A stretch of DNA of 64,000 nucleotides from Acidimicrobiaceae bacterium (GTDB lineage Bacteria; Actinomycetota; Acidimicrobiia; Acidimicrobiales; Bog-793): positions 3,647-67,646 of the forward strand of contig PLKG01000091.1 in NCBI GenBank assembly GCA_003140595.1. The letters are read 5' to 3'. A program made the position numbers and the translations under genes. Position 1 is the first letter of the stretch. Each line of letters begins with the position of its first letter. Under the pieces are notes generated by a model. It ran no database searches and was not told the DNA's origin. It saw only the letters and a list, made by a program, of their open reading frames with translations. Below, piece by piece: positions 43,740-51,767 of the stretch.

Positions 43740-46231
43740 GCTCCTGATTTCTCGACCTGGACGAGGACGTCGTAGTACGCCGCGTTCGAAGGGAAGTTGG
43801 GGATGAGCGACTGAGCGGGCTTAGCGATCTGGTGGGTCAGGTTGTTCGGGTGACCCTCGATGTAGTGCTTGACCCGGATCGTGTCCCAGCCGCCTTGGTA
43901 GCAGTTGACGACGCCCGGCTTCATCGACTCGGTGAGGCGGGCCCGCACCTTCATCTGTCCCCGGTCGTTGAAGATCCTTACGACGTCACCGTCGGCGATG
44001 GCCCGCGGCGCTGCGTCACGGGGGTTGATCTCCAAGAAACCGTCACCGCCGTTGTTGATCTCCTTGAGCCACGGCAGGTTGACGAACTGCGAGTGGGTAC
44101 GGAACTTGGTGTGGGTCGACAGGAAGACGAGCGGGTACTGCTTGAATTTCGGGTTCGTCGGTGATGCCTCGATCGGTTCCTTGTGGTCACACAGCTCCTG
44201 GTCATAAGGCAGCAACATCTCGACGTAGAACTCGATCTTGCCGCTCTTTGTCGGGTACTGCTGGTTGAAGAACGGCACATACGGCATCGGGTCGGTGTTG
44301 AGGCGGACCGCCTCGGTCGTGAGGCGCTCCCAGGTGAGGCCCCGCACCGACGGGTCGGCGTCGCTCTGGCCGATCTTCATGATCTGCTTGAGGAACTCTT
44401 CGGGGGTTTCGGTGAAGTACTCGCCGTAGCCCATCTTCTCGGCGATCATCCGGATCGCGTCGAGGTCCGACTTCGACTCGAAGAGCGGGTCGATGATCTT
44501 GGGCATGAACTGCAAGTAGAAGTTGTTCGATGACAGCAGGTCTGTCTTCTCGAAGTACGTGCAAGCAGGAAGGATGACGTCCGCGAGATCCGCCGTCGCC
44601 GTCATCGAGTAGTCGGAGACGACGACGAACTCGAGCTGTTCCATGGCGGCCCGGATCCGGTTCCTGTCAGACATCTGCTGGGCGAAGTTGTCGATCGGGA
44701 ACCACGCTGCCTTCACGGGGAAGGGATCTCCCTTCTCGACCGCGTCGCAGAAGTTCATCGGCTCGAGCAAGGTGTAGATCTTGGTCCCCTTAGGGGCCCA
44801 GAAATCGAAAAGGTCAAAGGGTGCGATGGTCGCCGCCATCCCGCCGGCGAAGGTGGTTACCCCGCCGCCGTGAACCCCGATGTTGCCCGTGATCGCCTGC
44901 AAGGTGAGCAGGGCCTGCATGTGCAAGTCGCCGTGATACCAGTGCGAAAGCCCGAATCCGACCCGAACGGCGAGGGGCTTGCTCGACCCCCAGATCTGGC
45001 CGAGGGAGACCACCTGCGCGGCAGGCACGTCGGTCAGCTCTTCTGTGTACTCCGGTGTGTACTTGGCTGCCATGTCCGCGAGCGCTTGCAGGGCGGTGCG
45101 TGCCTGCAGGCCGGCCACAACATGGGTGCCCAAGACGGCAGGCGTCTTGAGCGTGGGGTCGCCGGCCGCCTTGATCTTTTTGTCCGACTCGTCGAAAACG
45201 ACGTAGTCGTCCTTGGCACCGGTGATGACCTTGTTCGCACGAAGCCACGTCCCGTCGCGCGGGTCGATCAGGTATGGCCCGACTGTGTTGGCGCGGATGT
45301 AGGCGGCGTCGTAGGTGCCGTTCTGGAAGATCTGGTGGATGATGCCGTCGATGAGAGCGGAGTCAGCGCCTGGACGGATCGGCACGAACTCGTCTGACTG
45401 GGCGCAGGTGACCGTGAAGCGGGGATCGACCGAGATGAGCCTGGTGCCGTTCTGATCCCTGGCGTCACACATGATCCGCCAGTCCGGGATCGAGGTCTCC
45501 GCAACGTTGTTGGCCCAAAAGACGATGGTCTTTGCGCTCATGAAGTCGACCGACTCGTGACCGGTGAAGAATCCGCCGGCGTTGGACGGGTTCGTCGGGT
45601 CGACCAGCACGTAGTTCCATCCTGCCGGCGTAGCGGAGTCGCCCTCGTTGTCACCTTCGGAGTCGCCCGCCGAAGCACCGATGACGCTCGCGAACCGGAA
45701 CCCCGCCCCGATCACGCCTTCGAGCACCGCCAGCGAGCCGGTGTAGGGCGCGACCCACACCGCGGTCTTGCCGTACTTCGCCTGGATGCGCTTGAAATTG
45801 TCGGCGATCAACGTGGTCGCCTCGTCCCATGTGATGCGCTGCCACTTGCCCGAGCCCCGTGCGCCCACGCGCTTATAGGGGTACTTGATCCGGTCCGGGC
45901 TGTAGGTGTTCGAGATCTGCGAGAGTCCCCTCAGACAGATCCGCGGGTGGAAAGTGGGCGCCTGCTCACCGGCGACAGTCGTCGTACCCCAGCTGGCAGG
46001 GCCGACCATGGTCACGCGTCCGTCTGTGACGTGCACGAGATGCCCACAAGCACCGTCGCAGTTGTTGGAGTGGCCGGTCCGGTAAACGACCTCCTTGCCC
46101 GTCAGGAACTCCTCGGAGCTCACGAGGTCACCGGTCGACGGCTCCAGGAAACGCAGGTGGTCCGCCACCAGCAACCCGCCAGTTAGCGCCGCGCTTCCTC
46201 CGAGAAATGAACGCCGCGAAAACTTGGACAT
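43736..46231 (-). CDS. Tat-exported molybdopterin (Mo-bisPGD) oxidoreductase catalytic subunit, DmsA-like
   Basis: ORF 43736..46291. ATG 46231 is preceded by GAGGAGG. Twin-arginine motif SRRSFLGG. FS0 motif HSNNCDGAC...ICLRGLS. Colinear with the DmsA N-terminal region (DRIKYPYKRVGARGSGKWQRITWDEA). C-terminal MopB_CT block DGDVVRIFNDRGQMKV. Confidence 0.88.
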   Translation of the reverse strand: MSKFSRRSFLGGSAALTGGLLVADHLRFLEPSTGDLVSSEEFLTGKEVVYRTGHSNNCDGACGHLVHVTDGRVTMVGPASWGTTTVAGEQAPTFHPRICLRGLSQISNTYSPDRIKYPYKRVGARGSGKWQRITWDEATTLIADNFKRIQAKYGKTAVWVAPYTGSLAVLEGVIGAGFRFASVIGASAGDSEGDNEGDSATPAGWNYVLVDPTNPSNAGGFFTGHESVDFMSAKTIVFWANNVAETSIPDWRIMCDARDQNGTRLISVDPRFTVTCAQSDEFVPIRPGADSALIDGIIHQIFQNGTYDAAYIRANTVGPYLIDPRDGTWLRANKVITGAKDDYVVFDESDKKIKAAGDPTLKTPAVLGTHVVAGLQARTALQALADMAAKYTPEYTEELTDVPAAQVVSLGQIWGSSKPLAVRVGFGLSHWYHGDLHMQALLTLQAITGNIGVHGGGVTTFAGGMAATIAPFDLFDFWAPKGTKIYTLLEPMNFCDAVEKGDPFPVKAAWFPIDNFAQQMSDRNRIRAAMEQLEFVVVSDYSMTATADLADVILPACTYFEKTDLLSSNNFYLQFMPKIIDPLFESKSDLDAIRMIAEKMGYGEYFTETPEEFLKQIMKIGQSDADPSVRGLTWERLTTEAVRLNTDPMPYVPFFNQQYPTKSGKIEFYVEMLLPYDQELCDHKEPIEASPTNPKFKQYPLVFLSTHTKFRTHSQFVNLPWLKEINNGGDGFLEINPRDAAPRAIADGDVVRIFNDRGQMKVRARLTESMKPGVVNCYQGGWDTIRVKHYIEGHPNNLTHQIAKPAQSLIPNFPSNAAYYDVLVQVEKSGA

Positions 46232-46259
46232 CAGGCCTCCTCGGCTCGCCGCGCTCTTC

Positions 46260-46277
46260 GATCTATCTGCATAGATC
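46260..46277. promoter_or_regulatory. Perfect palindrome GATCTAT-N4-ATAGATC upstream of the molybdoenzyme operon (candidate operator)
   Basis: Plus strand gatctatctgcatagatc. Centre is about 37 nt upstream of the catalytic-subunit ATG. AT-rich relative to its surroundings. The 5-4-5 half-site geometry resembles CRP/FNR-family sites. Confidence 0.3.
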
Positions 46278-46454
46278 CAGCTAACGATCACCTAGAGGGA
46301 CAGGCCAGGGCCAAAAGTCCCATGCCCGCCGGGCGTCGGTCCGTAGTTGCTGATGACCAGAGTTCAGATGTTGTTGTCGTTGGGATACGAAGGCACTGTG
46401 GCGGCCCGTCATGGCCAGGCCAGGGTGTCGCTTCGCTAGCCGCGGTGGGGCTGC

Positions 46455-47807
46455 TCAGCCCCAGGCAGATCTGGTGGGCGGCATCCCGCTACGTCCGGCG
46501 TCGGGCACGACGCCGAGGACCTGGAACACCGAAATGCCCCCGTTCTCGAAACCGATCACAGACCCGGCCATGTAGAGACGCCAGATCCTCGCGCGCGCCC
46601 GTCCGACCGCAGCGACAGCGGCTTCCCAATTGGCCTCGAGGTTCGCCACCCACGAGCGCAGCGTCCTTGCGTAGTGCTCCCGAAGAGACTCGACGTCACG
46701 GCACTCGAAACCGGCGCGTTGCATCGCGAGCACGACGTCGCCGACGTCGAGCAGCTCGCCGTCGGGGAACACGTACCGGCCAAAGAAGCTCCAAGGCCTG
46801 AGCTTGGACCCCCCCTGCTCGGAGATGGCGTGATTCAACAATCTTCCCCCCGGCGCCAGCAGGCCGTACAAGGTCTCGAAGTACTGGGCCGTGCGGACCT
46901 TGCCGACGTGCTCGAACATGCCGACCGAAGAGATCGCGTCGAAACGCTCAGCACGAAGGTCCCGGTAGTCCTGCACGCGGATCTCCACGCGGTCACTGAG
47001 ACCGGCTGCGGCCACGCGTTGCCTCGCGTAGCCGGCTTGCGGCTCGCTCAACGTGACGCCCAGGACGGTCGCGTTGCAGTTGGCGGCGGCATGCATCGCC
47101 ATCGAGCCCCACCCGCAACCGACGTCGAGCAGTCGAGGTGACTCGCCTTCGCGCAAGCCCAACTTACGGCAGATCAACTCGTGCTTGGACTCCTGGGCCC
47201 GTTCCAAGCTCATGGCCGGATCGGCAAAACGGGCGCACGAGTAGGTCATGGACGGCCCGAGCACGAGCTCATAGAAGTCGTTGCCGACGTCGTAGTGGTG
47301 CGTGACCGCGCGGACGTCTCGCCTGCGGGAATGGCGCAGCCCGATGAGGCCGGACTCTTCGGGCGGTGCGGGCAGTGGCAGGCCGATGGCACCTGCCCGA
47401 TAAGCGGCGCTGAAGGCGGGCGCAAGAGAGCGCAAGCCCACTCGCAGGTCCCGGGGCGCCACGGCCTGCAAGCTGCCCAGCGAGGAGATCATGTCACCCT
47501 CGACCTCGATGTCGCCGGCGACATAGGCGCGGCTGAAGCCGAGCTCGCCCGGAGCCCAGAGGATGCGGCGCAAAGCATCGGAAGATCGAACGTGAATGAC
47601 GCCGACCGCATCGTCAGGTCCGAGGGCACTTCCGTCCCACAGCTCGAAGCGAACTGGGACACGGCCACCGAGCAGGCTGTTGACGAGTGGTGAAAGAGCC
47701 GCAGCCGCGCTGGCGCCGCGCCGCGGGGGAGCCACGGACGGGGTGGCCTGCGGCTCGGGCTGGTCTGCCCCACCCATTCTGGGAATCGACGATTTCTCGC
47801 TGATCAT
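46455..47807 (-). CDS. cfa: Cyclopropane-fatty-acyl-phospholipid synthase family SAM-dependent methyltransferase
   Basis: HYDVGNDFYELVLGPSMTYSCA, LLDVGCGWGSMAMHAA, SVGMFEHVG. GGGAGG SD 7 nt upstream of ATG 47807. Confidence 0.88.
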   Translation of the reverse strand: MISEKSSIPRMGGADQPEPQATPSVAPPRRGASAAAALSPLVNSLLGGRVPVRFELWDGSALGPDDAVGVIHVRSSDALRRILWAPGELGFSRAYVAGDIEVEGDMISSLGSLQAVAPRDLRVGLRSLAPAFSAAYRAGAIGLPLPAPPEESGLIGLRHSRRRDVRAVTHHYDVGNDFYELVLGPSMTYSCARFADPAMSLERAQESKHELICRKLGLREGESPRLLDVGCGWGSMAMHAAANCNATVLGVTLSEPQAGYARQRVAAAGLSDRVEIRVQDYRDLRAERFDAISSVGMFEHVGKVRTAQYFETLYGLLAPGGRLLNHAISEQGGSKLRPWSFFGRYVFPDGELLDVGDVVLAMQRAGFECRDVESLREHYARTLRSWVANLEANWEAAVAAVGRARARIWRLYMAGSVIGFENGGISVFQVLGVVPDAGRSGMPPTRSAWG

Positions 47808-47837
47808 TGGATACCTCCCGTCATTGGATACCTCCCG
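47804..47837 (-). repeat. Perfect 17-bp tandem duplication covering the SD and start codon of the cfa-like gene
   Basis: Plus strand tcattggatacctcccg occurs twice (47804..47820 and 47821..47837). Minus strand: CGGGAGGTATCCAATGA twice. Confidence 0.95.
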
Positions 47838-48017
47838 CGCTCCTCTCGCGTGCTACCGGCCGGCGACGATCTCGCCTGCCCATGTGCCGGCCGAACGCCA
47901 GTCGAGGCTACCGACTCCGCGACGCCGTCCTTCCGGCGGGGCCCGACCAAGACTGTCTCGGGCGGGAGCGCCGCTGCTAGCGCTCGAGAATGCGCCTTCC
48001 CGATTCAGTCCCCGTTC

Positions 48018-49442
48018 TCAGCTGGTCGCGGGAGCCTTGGCGGAGTTACGCCCGACAACACCGGGGAGCACTACAGTCGCAGTCCTGTCGCCACGTCGCC
48101 CCGGGTCAGCAGTGCGAACGTCGATGATGCGATTCACGTAGTCGGCGATGTAGTCGGCGAGATAGATGCTTCCCGCGATGTTGAGGTGCACGCCGTCGAG
48201 GCGCACCGAAGTCTCCTGACCGTTTATCAACAATGTGCCCGTGTACGTTCCTTTGGGCCCGTCCAAGACTGCACCGGGATTGAAGAATGTAACACCGTGG
48301 TGCCTGGCGGCTTGCTGCGCACACACCTCGTCTATCACTGCCATAAAGCTGGACAACTGCGCGTCCTGCATCGCCGGCTCACCGATCCAGAGCACCTTGG
48401 AGCCTTCCCTCACGAGCGCGGTCATGATCCCTGCAACCCGATCGGCATAGGCCTTTCTCCACAACCGACTCCCCACGGGTTGAAAAGTGTTGTCGATCAA
48501 CAGGTCCTGCCCGTCGTTCGCGCTGCCCATGTAGATCACCAGCCGCGGTCGGAGCGCTGCGACCACGGCGAGGAGATGGCGCTGCCAATCGAAGAAGCCG
48601 GGACTCACCAGGCCGCTGCCCACCTGGTATTCCGCCAAGGTCCTCAACTCCGGCGATGTTGCGTGGTAAGTGTCCCAGGCCCACTCGGGCCCGGCAGCAG
48701 TCGAGTCTCCCGCAAAGTAGATCGGCGGCCCGGGCCGGCCGAGCACCGGCGCGGCCGTGGCCCTCTTGACCCGGGCGCGGGCCAGCACGTCACGAGCCAG
48801 CGCGACGAGCTGGCTCTCGTGCAGCAGTGAGAAGTCGCCGACCTTCTGCCACAACAACCAGTAGGTGGTCCCACTTTCGGTGAAGTAGAGGTACCGGTTA
48901 TTGGCGATGATCGCGGCTCGTCCGAGACCACTCACAGACTCGAGGGTTTGCACGTACTGGGTGGCCGCCCGGAAGGACGTCTGTGGCTCCACGGAGAGAG
49001 CGAGAAACGCGTCGGTGCCGACCTGCCATTGGCAGTAGGGATAGGTGGGAGTCGCAGAACCGACGGGGCCGCCGAAGTGACCGCGGATCTCACTGCGACT
49101 GAGCAGGGAGCAGGCGAGCCTGGTTGCTCGACTGCCGAGCGAGCCGTCGTCGAGTCGAGGTCGCGGAGTCGGCCGGGAAACCGGCGCGGTATTGGGTGTC
49201 GGTTGTTCGCTTGTCGTGGTGACTGCCGGGCTGGTGGTCGCAGTGACCGTGGTGGTGTTGATCGTCGTTGTCCGGTTCTCCGACGCAGCTGCCTGACAAC
49301 CCCCGATCACAGCCGCCGCCATGACGGCACCAATGGCCCTGAACACACTCCTGCGAGCGCGCGGCCACACAGAAGCGAACTCGGCCACGACACAAAGGCT
49401 AGAGCGCGCTTGACTCTCACAGTCGTCACCAGAGTCGACCAT
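48018..49442 (-). CDS. Secreted/lipoprotein SGNH (GDSL-like) hydrolase with N-terminal uncharacterised domain
   Basis: ORF 48018..49808. Candidate start ATG 49442. Signal/lipobox-like AVMAAAVIGGCQ. SGNH blocks: YFAGDST, YMGSANDGQ, DGVHLN. The start is uncertain. Confidence 0.75.
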   Translation of the reverse strand: MVDSGDDCESQARSSLCVVAEFASVWPRARRSVFRAIGAVMAAAVIGGCQAAASENRTTTINTTTVTATTSPAVTTTSEQPTPNTAPVSRPTPRPRLDDGSLGSRATRLACSLLSRSEIRGHFGGPVGSATPTYPYCQWQVGTDAFLALSVEPQTSFRAATQYVQTLESVSGLGRAAIIANNRYLYFTESGTTYWLLWQKVGDFSLLHESQLVALARDVLARARVKRATAAPVLGRPGPPIYFAGDSTAAGPEWAWDTYHATSPELRTLAEYQVGSGLVSPGFFDWQRHLLAVVAALRPRLVIYMGSANDGQDLLIDNTFQPVGSRLWRKAYADRVAGIMTALVREGSKVLWIGEPAMQDAQLSSFMAVIDEVCAQQAARHHGVTFFNPGAVLDGPKGTYTGTLLINGQETSVRLDGVHLNIAGSIYLADYIADYVNRIIDVRTADPGRRGDRTATVVLPGVVGRNSAKAPATS

Positions 49443-49618
49443 CTCGCTTACCTGCCTCCCGGTGCCTCCAGGCAAGGCCTGCGGCGAGCAAAGGGCTGCC
49501 GGACGGGCCAGAATCGCGCTGTGCACAGCAATGGATGTGACCGCAACCCATTCGCGCCTGCATTTGCGATGACCATTGCGAGTGTGGAACGGGCGCTTGG
49601 CAACGCGGTGGCTCGGCC

Positions 49619-50734
49619 GTGAAGCTTCGTGCCATCGAGTTGCGCAGTGTCCACCTGCCGCTGCTGTCGCCCTTCCGCACATCGCACGGAACCGAGTCAG
49701 CGCGCGAGGCGCTAGTGCTCCGCGTGGAGTCCGACGATGGCGAGGGTTGGGGAGAGTGCGTCGCCGGCTCCGACCCGCTCTATTGCCCGGAGTACCTCGA
49801 AGAGGCATGGCTGACGCTCAAGCGCTACCTCGCTCCTGCACTGCTAGGTGCGCCTGGTCTGACGGCCACCGACGTGCAACCTCTGCTGCATGAGTTCAAG
49901 GGCCACCGTATGGCCAAGGCCGCTTTGGAGATGGCGGTCCTGGACGCAGAGCTCCGTGCTGCAGGCGTCTCGTTCGCCGCCTACCTGGGCGGTGTCGCAG
50001 ATGTGGTGACGCCCGGCATCGCCTTGGGAATCATGAGCTCGGTTGACGAGCTGCAGGACCGGGTCTCAGAGTCCCTCGAGGCCGGCTATCGGCGGGTCAA
50101 GCTCAAGATCTGCCCGGGTTGGGACCTGGTTCCGGTGGCGGCTGTCCGGGACCGCTTCGGCGAGAACCTGATGCTCCAGGTGGACGCGAACTCCGCCTAC
50201 CAGAGGGCCGACATCGATCACCTCGCGTGTCTCGACCCGTTCTGCCTGCTACTCATCGAGCAACCCCTCGAGGATGACGACCTGATCGGCCACGCGCAGC
50301 TAGCGCGACGCATCACGACACCGGTGTGCCTCGACGAGTCGATCGTCTCGGTCCACAGCGCCGCCACTGCCATCTCGCTTGGAGCGTGCTCGATCGTGAA
50401 CATCAAGGCGGGACGCGTCGGCGGTTATCTCGAAGCACGCGCAGTCCACGACTTCTGCACGTCGCAGGGCGTTGGCGTGTGGTGCGGTGGAATGCTGGAG
50501 ACTGGGCTCGGTCGCGCGGCGAACCTCGCGCTCGCTTCGCTGCCCGGCTTCACCCTGCCGGGCGACATCTCAGCGACGGATCGCTACTTCCACGAGGACA
50601 TCACCCCGCCTTTCCGGCTCGTCGACGGCACGATCGCGGTCCCCACGGGCCCCGGCCTCGGCGTGGAGGTTCTGCGCCCCGTCTTGGATGCCCTCACAAC
50701 TCGGTTCGAGGCACTCGCCGGAGCCGAGCACTGA
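49619..50734 (+). CDS. menC: o-Succinylbenzoate synthase (enolase superfamily, MenC / N-acylamino-acid racemase type)
   Basis: GTG start. LSPFRTSHGTE, KxK motif RRVKLKI, metal ligands in LQVDANSAY, IEQPL, LDES. Confidence 0.8.
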   Translation: MKLRAIELRSVHLPLLSPFRTSHGTESAREALVLRVESDDGEGWGECVAGSDPLYCPEYLEEAWLTLKRYLAPALLGAPGLTATDVQPLLHEFKGHRMAKAALEMAVLDAELRAAGVSFAAYLGGVADVVTPGIALGIMSSVDELQDRVSESLEAGYRRVKLKICPGWDLVPVAAVRDRFGENLMLQVDANSAYQRADIDHLACLDPFCLLLIEQPLEDDDLIGHAQLARRITTPVCLDESIVSVHSAATAISLGACSIVNIKAGRVGGYLEARAVHDFCTSQGVGVWCGGMLETGLGRAANLALASLPGFTLPGDISATDRYFHEDITPPFRLVDGTIAVPTGPGLGVEVLRPVLDALTTRFEALAGAEH

Positions 50735-50804
50735 ACGCGAAACCGGATCAGCCGAGAGATGGCCCGAAGCTGACCACCTGAGTGCCCGAAGGCTGAAAGA
50801 GAGC

Positions 50805-51767
50805 TCAGCCCTCTTCACGGGTGTAGGGGATGCCGAGCGATGCCGGCGTCCCGACGCGCCGGTTGGCCCAGCTCGTCGACGCCGCCGCTAGGGCGATGAC
50901 GGTCATCAGGAACGGCAGCGCCGAATAGAACTCCGACGGAAGCACCGTTATCCCGCGAGTCTCCAGCGTCGGTCCGAGGGCCGAAAATATACCGAACAGG
51001 TATGCCCCGAGCACGAGCAGGTCCGGTCGCCAGAACGCGAAGATGACCAGAGCGATTGCGATCCAACCGAAGCCGGCCGTGAGGCCGTCGGTCCAAATCG
51101 GGGCAAGGGCGAGGGTGAAATAGGCACCGCCTAGCCCTGCGAGCGCCCCACCGATGAGCGTGTGCACATACCGGTAGGCCGTGACGTTGATTCCCATGGC
51201 ATCCGCCGCGGCCGGGTTCTCACCCACTGCCCGAAGGTAAAGGCCCGGCCGGGTGCGGTAGAGGTAGTAAAGGACGGCGAGCACTAGCACCCACGAGGCG
51301 TAGACGAAGGCGTCTTCGCTGAAGATGATCGGCCCGACGATCGGCAGGTTCTGCAGGCCGAACAGGTCGATCCCGTTGAACTGGTGGTGCCCCGCCACGC
51401 CGCCGATGTTCCAGACCTGCCCGAGATAGGAGGACAGGCCGATGATCCCTGCAAAGATCGTGACAGCGAGGCCCGAGACGATCTGGTTCACACGGATGGT
51501 GATCGACAGCACGGCGTGGATGAGGGCCATCGCGGAACCGGCCACCATGGAGGCCAGAACGGCCAGAAGCAACACCAACGCGGTCGGCCCGTGGGTCTTC
51601 TGGGAGACGAAGAACGCCGTCACGGCGCCCATAAGCATCATTCCCTCAACTCCGAGGTTGAGCACGCCGGAACGCTCCGCGAGCAACTCGCCGAGGCCGG
51701 CAAGGACAAGCGGCGTCCCGAAGCCGATAGCCGAGACCAGGACGGCGATGACGATGTTCGAATTCAC
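50805..51767 (-). CDS. ABC transporter permease (BMP/nucleoside-type uptake system)
   Basis: 320 aa, polytopic. 4-nt overlap with the upstream permease gene. Sits in an operon with a BMP-family binding protein. Confidence 0.8.
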   Translation of the reverse strand: MNSNIVIAVLVSAIGFGTPLVLAGLGELLAERSGVLNLGVEGMMLMGAVTAFFVSQKTHGPTALVLLLAVLASMVAGSAMALIHAVLSITIRVNQIVSGLAVTIFAGIIGLSSYLGQVWNIGGVAGHHQFNGIDLFGLQNLPIVGPIIFSEDAFVYASWVLVLAVLYYLYRTRPGLYLRAVGENPAAADAMGINVTAYRYVHTLIGGALAGLGGAYFTLALAPIWTDGLTAGFGWIAIALVIFAFWRPDLLVLGAYLFGIFSALGPTLETRGITVLPSEFYSALPFLMTVIALAAASTSWANRRVGTPASLGIPYTREEG

